Under the pieces are notes generated by a model. The model ran no database searches. It was not told the DNA's origin and saw nothing but the letters and a program-made list of their open reading frames with translations. From a virus (Duplodnaviria > Caudoviricetes): 64,000 bases of DNA. Made by a program: the position numbers and the translations under genes. Shown piece by piece: positions 8,689 through 16,276 of this stretch. The stretch covers positions 10,265 to 74,264 of the IMG/VR virus record IMGVR_UViG_3300033066_000592; one strand, given 5' to 3'. The first letter of the stretch is position 1. Every line of letters starts with the position of its first letter.

Positions 8689-9369
8689 ATGCTTGACGTA
8701 CCTAATGAAGTTAGAACAGCGCTGCTGATTGCGCTGGAAGGTCCCGATGGTTGCGGAAAAACCGCGCTGAGTTTTCATCTTGCGGAATCTCTGAAAACTC
8801 AACAGCCCTGTTCCGTGGTTTCGTTTCCAGGTCGCGGCACACGTCTGGGCGAATTCGTGCGTAGTAGCTACGCTGCTGAGGCAGCTGAAACGCTGTGCAC
8901 CGACGAGGCGCGGCTGTACTTGTTTGCAGCTGACGCCGTGAATGCCTGCGACGGTGTTACGAGAGAGCTTGCACAGGGTCACACTGTGCTGCTCGACAGG
9001 CATCCGTTGCTGTCGGCGCTGGCTTATCAGGCCGAGCATCACGCCGTGAGTCGCATCACAGCCGTGCTGGATCAAGCTGCACAGGCGCTATATCCAGACC
9101 TCGTGTTGCTGATTCACACCGACGCAGCGGAGTGCATGCGTCGTCGGAATCAAGATCACACACGACAGCGTGACAGCTACACGCCCACCGACGTGGCGCA
9201 AACCGAGCAGCTGTACCAGCGTTACTACGCGGCATTGACGCTCGTGAATTACAACGCCGTCGTCGTCGATGGCAATCAGAGTCCTGTCGATTTGCGTCGG
9301 CAATGCCTGCGGGAGATTGCGCGCGTAGCCGACGCGAAGCGGAAAATTCTGCTTGCAGCTACGAGCTAA
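8689..9369 (+). CDS. tmk: thymidylate kinase
   Basis: P-loop LIALEGPDGCGKT, then LLDRH...SALAYQ and PDLVLL motifs. Confidence 0.92.
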   Translation: MLDVPNEVRTALLIALEGPDGCGKTALSFHLAESLKTQQPCSVVSFPGRGTRLGEFVRSSYAAEAAETLCTDEARLYLFAADAVNACDGVTRELAQGHTVLLDRHPLLSALAYQAEHHAVSRITAVLDQAAQALYPDLVLLIHTDAAECMRRRNQDHTRQRDSYTPTDVAQTEQLYQRYYAALTLVNYNAVVVDGNQSPVDLRRQCLREIARVADAKRKILLAATS

Positions 9370-9450
9370 CGCGACTAGCTTATTTGCATTCACGGCACTG
9401 CGGGTCGCTGACCTGTCAAGCCAAAAGAACCCTCAGCGCAGGAGACACAC

Positions 9451-9630
9451 ATGGCCAAGCTCGTTGCATCGGCAGGCGTCAGCCCCAAGTCCAAAGCCAA
9501 GAAAGGCGCAGCCAAGAAGACCGCCGCCGTTGCCAAGAAGGCGACCAAGGCCAAGAAGAAAAAGAAGGGCGGCGGTGGTGGTGGTGGCGGCGGCAAGGGC
9601 AAGGGCTCGACTGGCGGTCGCCTGCTGTAG
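9451..9630 (+). CDS. 59-aa Lys/Ala/Gly-rich histone H1-like mini-protein (absent from the ORF track)
   Basis: RBS AGGAG, ATG 9451, TAG 9628-9630. Translation: MAKLVASAGVSPKSKAKKGAAKKTAAVAKKATKAKKKKKGGGGGGGGGKGKGSTGGRLL. Confidence 0.75.
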   Translation: MAKLVASAGVSPKSKAKKGAAKKTAAVAKKATKAKKKKKGGGGGGGGGKGKGSTGGRLL

Positions 9631-9638
9631 TTCTTGTC

Positions 9639-10160
9639 GTGCTGTCGCTGCTCGTCATCGACGGCTTCTCGTCTGAGTCTCCTGAGAGCGAGCTGGTCAC
9701 AAGTCTCGCTCGCCACAGTTCGAAATTTTCCTCTGACATTCTCCTCGTCACCAAACCGACCGACCAGATGCTCAAAAGGCGCTGGTCGGTCGTTTGGTTT
9801 TGTGGCCATGTGACTGTGCATCGAAAAGTGGGCACAGCCACTCTGGAGCAGCGACGAGGCCGAGGCTATCAGCCTCTTTGTGCTGCTTCGCTTGTCGCGC
9901 AAGCTCGCTGCTCACTGCTCGTGATGTCTGGCTGTTACACGAGCCGTCCTGAAGTCAGCGGTCACGTGCCTTATGCACATAACCTCGTCACGTATGATGG
10001 CAAGCTGTATCTGCATGACAGCCTGGTGTTTGCGTCGAGCTTCATGTGGCTTCTGCGTGAGAATGTATCGGCGCGTCGTGTCACAGCGCCTGTAGTGCGT
10101 TACGCATTTGGTGTAGCTAGTAAGGCCGCAGGTGATGGCTACCGACTGCGTTCGCGATAG
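9639..10160 (+). CDS. hypothetical protein
   Basis: In-frame GTG at 9639 just after the mini-protein stop; fills the gap to 10176. The ORF-track extension to 9303 overlaps real genes. Confidence 0.45.
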   Translation: MLSLLVIDGFSSESPESELVTSLARHSSKFSSDILLVTKPTDQMLKRRWSVVWFCGHVTVHRKVGTATLEQRRGRGYQPLCAASLVAQARCSLLVMSGCYTSRPEVSGHVPYAHNLVTYDGKLYLHDSLVFASSFMWLLRENVSARRVTAPVVRYAFGVASKAAGDGYRLRSR

Positions 10161-10169
10161 TGCTACGCT
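10161..10169 (+). promoter_or_regulatory. putative extended -10 element TGcTACGCT
   Basis: TG-n-TACGCT ends 6 nt before ATG 10176; no Shine-Dalgarno sequence. Confidence 0.45.
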
Positions 10170-10175
10170 TTCAGC

Positions 10176-11291
10176 ATGGAACAACCCCTTCTGAAGGTGC
10201 TGCAGGGCGGAGCCGGTCGTGAGCTTGCGACATGCCGTGGTAAAGATTATTGCTCCGACTGCACGTTGCACGTGAGCAAAGGCGGTCGGTGCGAAGGCTG
10301 CACGATTCGCAAGAAAAATACCCTCGGCGAGAATTTTGCATCCTGCTATCAGGAATGCGCCACGTGCGCTGGCTACAAGGTCCAGGTGCCTGCGATCTGT
10401 TGCCGCTCACCGATGAAGAAGCTCTATCTGGATTCCGTGACGCGCAGCCCTGGCGACTGGAATAATCCGAAGCTAGAGTTTCACGAGCGGCCTCCGATCA
10501 CGACGCACAAACAGCGTGCGGTGTTCTACATCACGTCAGGTGGCGTCAACACGATCGGTGACGTCACAGAACCAATCGTTGAACACGAGCTGGTTGCAAC
10601 GAACCTGAGCCGCGTCTGGTCAGGCAACGGCTTCTATGCGCGTAATCTCAAGCGGATTCTGCGGTTGCCGGCCGCCACCAAGCTGCTGCTGCTCACCATG
10701 ACGAAAGATGACCTGCTAGAGAACGCCTGGCGGCGTTATTTCTACGCAGATCCGGCCGAGTACGAGCGCGTCAAAGTCGACTACTGGATGCCTCTGTCCT
10801 TTTCGTCGTATCCGACGGAGGCGCACATGCATCAGTTGTATCAGCTCTACCGTACGCTCTACTGCACTGAGCAGAGCAGAGCCTGGTTCACGACGGGCGA
10901 CCATTTCCAAGAAGGGCTGCGCATTGACGACTTGTTTCTTAAGTGCGTCAAACGGGTGCAGAACGTCGTGTTCAACACGCAGTTCGTGAGTGACGAGACG
11001 TACAAGTTTCATCTGCGGTTGTTTCAGCATGCGCATGAAATCAGCCCAGCGCACGTGCCATTTTGGTTCGTCGGTCGCGCAGACCCGACGTTCATGCACA
11101 ACGTCAAGAAGGTCTGTGGCAAGGGCTCTCGTGTTTTGTTCTGGGTGTCCAGCAAGCCTCTGTACGTTGCCAGCATGGGCGCACGCCTAGACCTCAAGGG
11201 CAAAGCGAAACCGAGCACGTTGCCGAAGGTCGATCTTGTGCGCGAGAATTACGCCGTCTTCGAGAGGATGGTCAACGACTATGGACGCTAG
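10176..11291 (+). CDS. Cys-rich N-terminal domain plus DUF4417-like domain
   Basis: About 10 Cys in the first 80 aa. KDDLLENAW...MPLSFSSYPTEAHMHQLYQLYR resembles the DUF4417 pattern (DDxxFExxW...PDFSxY...QxxNxYR). Adjacent to a ParB-domain gene. Confidence 0.55.
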   Translation: MEQPLLKVLQGGAGRELATCRGKDYCSDCTLHVSKGGRCEGCTIRKKNTLGENFASCYQECATCAGYKVQVPAICCRSPMKKLYLDSVTRSPGDWNNPKLEFHERPPITTHKQRAVFYITSGGVNTIGDVTEPIVEHELVATNLSRVWSGNGFYARNLKRILRLPAATKLLLLTMTKDDLLENAWRRYFYADPAEYERVKVDYWMPLSFSSYPTEAHMHQLYQLYRTLYCTEQSRAWFTTGDHFQEGLRIDDLFLKCVKRVQNVVFNTQFVSDETYKFHLRLFQHAHEISPAHVPFWFVGRADPTFMHNVKKVCGKGSRVLFWVSSKPLYVASMGARLDLKGKAKPSTLPKVDLVRENYAVFERMVNDYGR

Positions 11292-12342
11292 CACTGGAAT
11301 CAAGCGCAGAAAAAAGAAGCCCTGCGCCGACTGTGGCAAGCCGTACAAGCGCAGCACAGGTTTCTGCTCACGCTGCTACAAGAAGTCCTGCGATGCACCG
11401 GACTTCAGCTCGGGCGGGGCTTGTGCTTGCGGCATCAGCAAGCCGAATCACAAGCCGCCGATGGCTACCGAGACGCTGCGCAGCATCGTCAGCGAAGGCC
11501 AAGCTTCGCGTGTGCCAATCGAGCAGGTCGTGCCGAATCGCTGGAATCCGAACACGATGCCAGAGGATCGCAAGGCGAAGCTATGGCTTGGCATGGTGCG
11601 CGTGCTCCAACAGCAAGCACAGGCCGGCGAGGCTGCACCACGGTTGCCCCCCATCATCGTCAGGCAGCTTCCACCTGGCCGAGAGCACAAGTACGAGATC
11701 ATTGACGGTGAGCAGCGCTGGAAGCTGCTTAAAGACAATCAGGATCACGAGCTGGTGCAGCGCTGTCTGCCTGGTGTCATCGACATCGTCGTGATCAACG
11801 TCGATGACACGACGGCGCGCTTGCTGACCTCCACGATGAACTGGCTGCATGGCGACGCTGACGCTGATCGTTATGTCGACATGCTCAGTGATATCTGGAA
11901 AGCCGGCATGACGACAGAGCAGATGTCCGAGCTGCTGCCTGAGAGCGCAGGCGAGCTCACGGCCATCGCCGAGAACTACGGCATCAAGATCGAGGAGGTC
12001 ACGATCGCGCAAGATGACCTCGACAAGTCGATTGCCAACGACACACGTGAGGACCTGCACGAGCTGAAGTTCAGCTGCTACGCGCAGCAGTCCGAAGTGA
12101 TCATGGGTGCCATCAGCCGTGTTGGCAGCCTGCTCACAGGCAAAAACGTGTTGGCGAGGGCCTTGGAGCTGATCTGTGCGGAGTCTCTAGGCACGCCTGT
12201 GGAGAGCTTCGCTGAGAAGATCAAGGAGCTGTATCCGCCTGAGCCTGAAAAGTCCAAGAAAAGGGGCAGCTTGAAAGAGAAGCTTGCCAAGAAGGCGAAG
12301 AAAAGTAGTCGCGCCAAAGCAGCCGAAAGTAATGCACCGTGA
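11281..12342 (+). CDS. ParB/Srx N-terminal-domain protein with a Zn-finger-like leader
   Basis: VPIEQVVPNRWNPNTM, LPPIIVR and YEIIDGEQRW ParB motifs; N-terminal CxxC...CxxC. An alternative start is at 11461. Confidence 0.85.
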   Translation: MDASTGIKRRKKKPCADCGKPYKRSTGFCSRCYKKSCDAPDFSSGGACACGISKPNHKPPMATETLRSIVSEGQASRVPIEQVVPNRWNPNTMPEDRKAKLWLGMVRVLQQQAQAGEAAPRLPPIIVRQLPPGREHKYEIIDGEQRWKLLKDNQDHELVQRCLPGVIDIVVINVDDTTARLLTSTMNWLHGDADADRYVDMLSDIWKAGMTTEQMSELLPESAGELTAIAENYGIKIEEVTIAQDDLDKSIANDTREDLHELKFSCYAQQSEVIMGAISRVGSLLTGKNVLARALELICAESLGTPVESFAEKIKELYPPEPEKSKKRGSLKEKLAKKAKKSSRAKAAESNAP

Positions 12343-12776
12343 GTTACGGTGAAGACCCGTCTTTCGATGCGTTCGAAGGCCCTTCAGACGACGCTATAGA
12401 GCTTGTCGGTCAGGCGCAGCTAGCTCACGTAAACGAGGCTGATAGGCAGCGACGCCTCTACACTGCTGAGATGCAGCGCTTGCGCGATGTAGAAGCCGCC
12501 GCCTTAAATGCCGGTGCGGCCGAGAAGTTTCTATGCATCGCTTGTCGACACGTCTTCAGTAGCGTCGCTGTGGGCCGCAAGAGTCCAGCCTGTGCACACT
12601 GCCGAAGTCCTCAAACAACGCCCACGATGCTCAGCTTCACGACATCGTCGGTACCGACAAGACCAGACGCTGCTGACGTGGATGTGCTACAAAAGCAGGG
12701 CACAAGCGAGGCCCCGACACATGCCGCTAACCGACAGCGTTCCGCCATCGAAGCACCCATCATCACAGAAGAATAG
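12339..12776 (+). CDS. hypothetical Zn-ribbon protein
   Basis: GTGA overlap; CIAC...CAHC pair. Confidence 0.6.
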   Translation: MSYGEDPSFDAFEGPSDDAIELVGQAQLAHVNEADRQRRLYTAEMQRLRDVEAAALNAGAAEKFLCIACRHVFSSVAVGRKSPACAHCRSPQTTPTMLSFTTSSVPTRPDAADVDVLQKQGTSEAPTHAANRQRSAIEAPIITEE

Positions 12777-12933
12777 CTCGTACCACTGCAACAGCTGTGG
12801 CCAGGATTTCGTGGCAGCGTCAGCAGATGCCTGTCCTGGCTGCATGTCGAAAGCTGTGCGCTACGATGGCGAAGCCTTCGCCACGATGACGCATTCGCAA
12901 GCGCCGTCGGACATCTTCAAGGGAGACTTCTGA
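12721..12933 (+). CDS. small Zn-ribbon protein
   Basis: CNSC...CPGC pair; the stop overlaps the next ATG (TGATG). Start uncertain. Confidence 0.45.
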   Translation: MPLTDSVPPSKHPSSQKNSSYHCNSCGQDFVAASADACPGCMSKAVRYDGEAFATMTHSQAPSDIFKGDF

Positions 12934-13385
12934 TGCCAGGCATGCGTCTCTATTTCGAGCTGTACACGCGCTGCTCGTCAGATCCAGATCAGCGGCAGTC
13001 TGTGCTCGGCCCGCGCCGCGACATCAACGAGGAGTACAGACTGACGCCGGCCAGCACAGGGCCTGGCCCTGGCTCGCTGTCGGTACCAGCAGGCGCTACG
13101 AACTGGCAGGTGCCCTTCGGCAGCGTCGTCAACGCGAGCTACTTGCTCATCGTGATGAAGGCGCCCGTCGAGTGTCGGATCGGGCCCAGCGGCCTTTACT
13201 TTCCTCTGAACGGGATTCCGGCTGACCTCAATGCATATCCGTACAGCGACGTCGTGAAGACGCCGCAGCCGGGCATCCTGTTTATCAGCACGACGTCGAT
13301 CCCTGCTGGCGGAATTTACTTCAACAATCTCGATCTGGTGAACGCAGCCCCTGGCGAAGTTCACTTGTTCGGAGAGGGACCGTAG
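12933..13385 (+). CDS. hypothetical protein, possibly virion structural
   Basis: Beta-rich Pro/Gly sequence immediately upstream of the head module. Confidence 0.6.
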   Translation: MPGMRLYFELYTRCSSDPDQRQSVLGPRRDINEEYRLTPASTGPGPGSLSVPAGATNWQVPFGSVVNASYLLIVMKAPVECRIGPSGLYFPLNGIPADLNAYPYSDVVKTPQPGILFISTTSIPAGGIYFNNLDLVNAAPGEVHLFGEGP

Positions 13386-13387
13386 CC

Positions 13388-14404
13388 ATGATCACGGATT
13401 ACAGACGGGTGCCTTTCGGCAATCCAAAATGCTCGCAGTGCCTGCACTACGCACCAGAGCGCAGCGCCTGTGAAATCGGGCAGCTACCTGACGTGTGCGG
13501 CGATGGCAGTCGGCCGGACCTCGGTTTTGCGCCGCTGCACTCGGACTCGCTCATGGTGGTGGGCATACCGCAGAGGCCGCGCATGCTCGAACCTGCGGCG
13601 CCTATCGCAGCAGCGGCAGTGCCCAGCCTGGGCATCGACCCACCGCAAGTCGTGGACATCGCTGCGGGTCCGTCTGCGTCGCTTGCGATGCTTTCGACGG
13701 AACAACAGTCCGTGAGCGCGACAGACTCCGACGAAGCCGTCAATGCGTCGATCGACGAAGTCTTCGAGCAGATCGGTCCAACGGATTTGAACGTCGTCGT
13801 TGGTGTCGTCACGCATGTCGGTTTCGACGGCGTGGCGCGGCCTGGCAACGGAAGCAATCTGCTGCGGTCAATCGCAAATGACGAGTCTCTGATCGTCAAC
13901 GTTGCGGCGCAGCTCTTGCCGCGAGCGCAGCATATGCACAAGTCGATGTGCCGTGAATGCTCTGTGGTTCGCATGAACCAGGGCTTTCATGATGGTCGGC
14001 TCGACGTGGCGCAGTTTGGGAAGCTCGTGAAAGCCCAGCTGAGCTATCGCCTGATGAAGGGCTACAACCTGTCGATGCTCGACAGCGTGCTGATGCGGCG
14101 ATTGCCGGGCTACGAGAACCTGATCAAGGGCGCTGGCTCCCATGCCAAGCGTACGGCGAGCGGCAGCGTGTCGGCGGCGTATCGAAAAAAGAACGCGACT
14201 CTGTCTGAGGGTCGCTTTCCGATCGGTGACAAAGACACTGCCGACAAGGCGCTGAAGCTGCGCGGTCATGCCAAGACCGCGCAGGAACGCAAGAAGATCG
14301 TACAGCGCGCGGCTCGCTACGTGCCTGACAAGGCCAAGGCCGCAGCAAAAGCCGATGGCTGGCTCCTGAACGCAGTGGGTCCGCGTCCGCCAGCTGGAGA
14401 GTGA
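13388..14404 (+). CDS. hypothetical head-associated protein (C-terminal DUF6582-like motif)
   Basis: Directly precedes the portal. C-terminal EGRFPIGDKDTADKALKLRGH resembles the small FPI-D motif seen in phage head proteins. Carries MHKS, LVKA, LMKG and LIKG motifs. Confidence 0.6.
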   Translation: MITDYRRVPFGNPKCSQCLHYAPERSACEIGQLPDVCGDGSRPDLGFAPLHSDSLMVVGIPQRPRMLEPAAPIAAAAVPSLGIDPPQVVDIAAGPSASLAMLSTEQQSVSATDSDEAVNASIDEVFEQIGPTDLNVVVGVVTHVGFDGVARPGNGSNLLRSIANDESLIVNVAAQLLPRAQHMHKSMCRECSVVRMNQGFHDGRLDVAQFGKLVKAQLSYRLMKGYNLSMLDSVLMRRLPGYENLIKGAGSHAKRTASGSVSAAYRKKNATLSEGRFPIGDKDTADKALKLRGHAKTAQERKKIVQRAARYVPDKAKAAAKADGWLLNAVGPRPPAGE

Positions 14405-14408
14405 TCGC

Positions 14409-16265
14409 ATGAATTCGGCGCAGCAGCAGAGCTGGCAAGAGCGCAGCAACCTAGATCCAGGTACAGCACAGCTTGTTGACGAACTGGCGATGGCCCTCGT
14501 CAACAAGCTGCATCCAGCGCAGCTGCGCAACCCTGAGTCGCCGCCTAGTGAGTCGGTGCTGGTCGATCCACAAGGGGAACCTCTGTCGAAGTCGTTCGAC
14601 GAGCCAAAAAGCTACTTCATCGATCCGAATGACATGCTGGGCGGGACGGGTATGAACTACGTCTACCCGCCCACGCAAGTCACGTACGAGACACTGCGCC
14701 TGCTGGCGGAGCGTGTGCCTGTTTGCTCGTGTGTGATTCTGACGCGTGTGAATCAGGTCGCGTCGTTCTGCCGAGCGCCGCGCAACAAGTATGACATCGG
14801 CTTCAAGGTGCGGCCGATCGGCAAGTTCGATGATCGCGAGCTGACACCGGCAGAGAAATCCAAGTCGGAGGACATTGAGACGTTCCTGCGTTGGACTGGC
14901 AACGAGTACAACGAAGGTCGCGATGACTTCCAGACGTTCGTGAAAAAGCTCGTCAGAGACCGCTTGTACTATGACCAGGCGTGCTTTGAGAAAGTCGCAT
15001 CACGTGACGGCGGCCTTGCCAGTTTTCATGCGATTCCGTCAGAGTCGATTCGCATCGCGATTCCGAAAAACGCGCAGGCGACACCTCCGACGGAGCACGA
15101 TGTACGCCACGACGTCAAGTACGTGCAGATCATCAACAGTCAGCCAATTCGCGACTACACGCATCGTGAGCTGGCTTTCCTGGTGGCTAACCCGCGCACG
15201 AATCTGCACGTCAACGGTTACGGATTCCCTGAGACAGAGATGATGCTGACCACGGCGATGGCGTTGCTGTGGGCAGAGGAGTGGAACCGCAACATCTTCA
15301 AGCAGGGCTCCACGCTCAAAGGCATCCTCAACGTCAAAGGCAGCTTCGCCAAGAACAAGTTCCTCGACCTGAAGCGAGAGTTTCAGACGAAGTTCACAGG
15401 CGTTCATAACGCGCACAAAAACGGCATCGTCAACGTCGACGAGCTTCAGTGGATTGCACTCCAGCTGAGCAATACGGAGATGGGCTTTCAGAGCTGGATC
15501 GAGTACCTGATCAAGCTCACTTGCGCGTTCTACCTCATCGACCCCGCCGAGGTGAATTTCGACCTGCGCGGTAGCTCCCAGCAGCAGCCGATCTTCATGT
15601 CTGGCAACGAAGCCCAGCAGAAGATCAGCCGTGATCGCGGCTTGTCGCCGTTGCTTCAGTACGTCGAAGACGCCATCAACAAGCACATCGTATGGCGTAT
15701 CGACCCACGCTATATGTTTGGGTTCGTCGGTCTCAACGCCAAGACGCAAGAGCAGGCGATCGAGCTGGCCAGCAAAGAGGTCAGTTCCAAGCTCACGCTC
15801 AATGAAGTACGCGCGCTGGACGATCTGCCACCTGTGAAGGGCGGCGACATCGTACTCAACGCGATCTACACAGGCCGCTTGGCTGCATTGGACCAGCAGC
15901 AGGCTGGCGGTGGCATGCCAGGAATGCCACCGGGCGCGGCACCAGGCATGCCTGGTCAACCTCAACCGCCACAGCCGGGTCAGCAGCAGCCTGGGAATCC
16001 TTACGACCAGCTACAGCCAGGCCCGCCGGCTGCCGAAGATAAGCAGGCCGGTGCAAACCTGAAAGCTGCGAGTCAAGGTAAAGATGAGTCGTCATCGAGT
16101 GGCGACTCATCTGTGCCTAAGAAGGTCCGGCGCGTGTTGATGCGCAACGATTGGGAAAACAGCTCTCTGTTCATGTCGCAGGACAAGCGCAGCGCAGCAG
16201 GCACAGACTTGGTGAAGTCTCTGTTTGGCCAGGATGCGACTGGCGATACGTACGACGAAGTCTAG
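14409..16265 (+). CDS. portal protein (SPO1/Twort-like HK97-family)
   Basis: VILTRVNQV, LYYDQACFEKV, YGFPETEM...WNRNIFKQGSTLKGILN and YLIDPAEVNF match this portal type. Pro/Gln-rich tail. Confidence 0.92.
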   Translation: MNSAQQQSWQERSNLDPGTAQLVDELAMALVNKLHPAQLRNPESPPSESVLVDPQGEPLSKSFDEPKSYFIDPNDMLGGTGMNYVYPPTQVTYETLRLLAERVPVCSCVILTRVNQVASFCRAPRNKYDIGFKVRPIGKFDDRELTPAEKSKSEDIETFLRWTGNEYNEGRDDFQTFVKKLVRDRLYYDQACFEKVASRDGGLASFHAIPSESIRIAIPKNAQATPPTEHDVRHDVKYVQIINSQPIRDYTHRELAFLVANPRTNLHVNGYGFPETEMMLTTAMALLWAEEWNRNIFKQGSTLKGILNVKGSFAKNKFLDLKREFQTKFTGVHNAHKNGIVNVDELQWIALQLSNTEMGFQSWIEYLIKLTCAFYLIDPAEVNFDLRGSSQQQPIFMSGNEAQQKISRDRGLSPLLQYVEDAINKHIVWRIDPRYMFGFVGLNAKTQEQAIELASKEVSSKLTLNEVRALDDLPPVKGGDIVLNAIYTGRLAALDQQQAGGGMPGMPPGAAPGMPGQPQPPQPGQQQPGNPYDQLQPGPPAAEDKQAGANLKAASQGKDESSSSGDSSVPKKVRRVLMRNDWENSSLFMSQDKRSAAGTDLVKSLFGQDATGDTYDEV

Positions 16266-16276
16266 GAGACACGACG

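Noticed and set aside
9303-9638. N-terminal half of the 285-aa ORF in the track
   Set aside because: It overlaps tmk and the RBS-supported H1-like mini-gene, and its WWWW run is an out-of-frame reading of the Gly codons.
13388-14404. Terminase expected upstream of the portal
   Set aside because: No Walker A/B or RNase H-like acidic motifs; no terminase is identifiable anywhere in this window.
15890-16030. Pro/Gln/Gly-rich portal tail as a novel domain
   Set aside because: Low-complexity C-terminal tails are common on portals of large phages.
16151-16276. Upstream extension of the 1293-aa ORF (also track starts at 3015, 1649, 32016, 50438)
   Set aside because: These extensions overlap upstream genes; RBS-preceded ATGs lie downstream.
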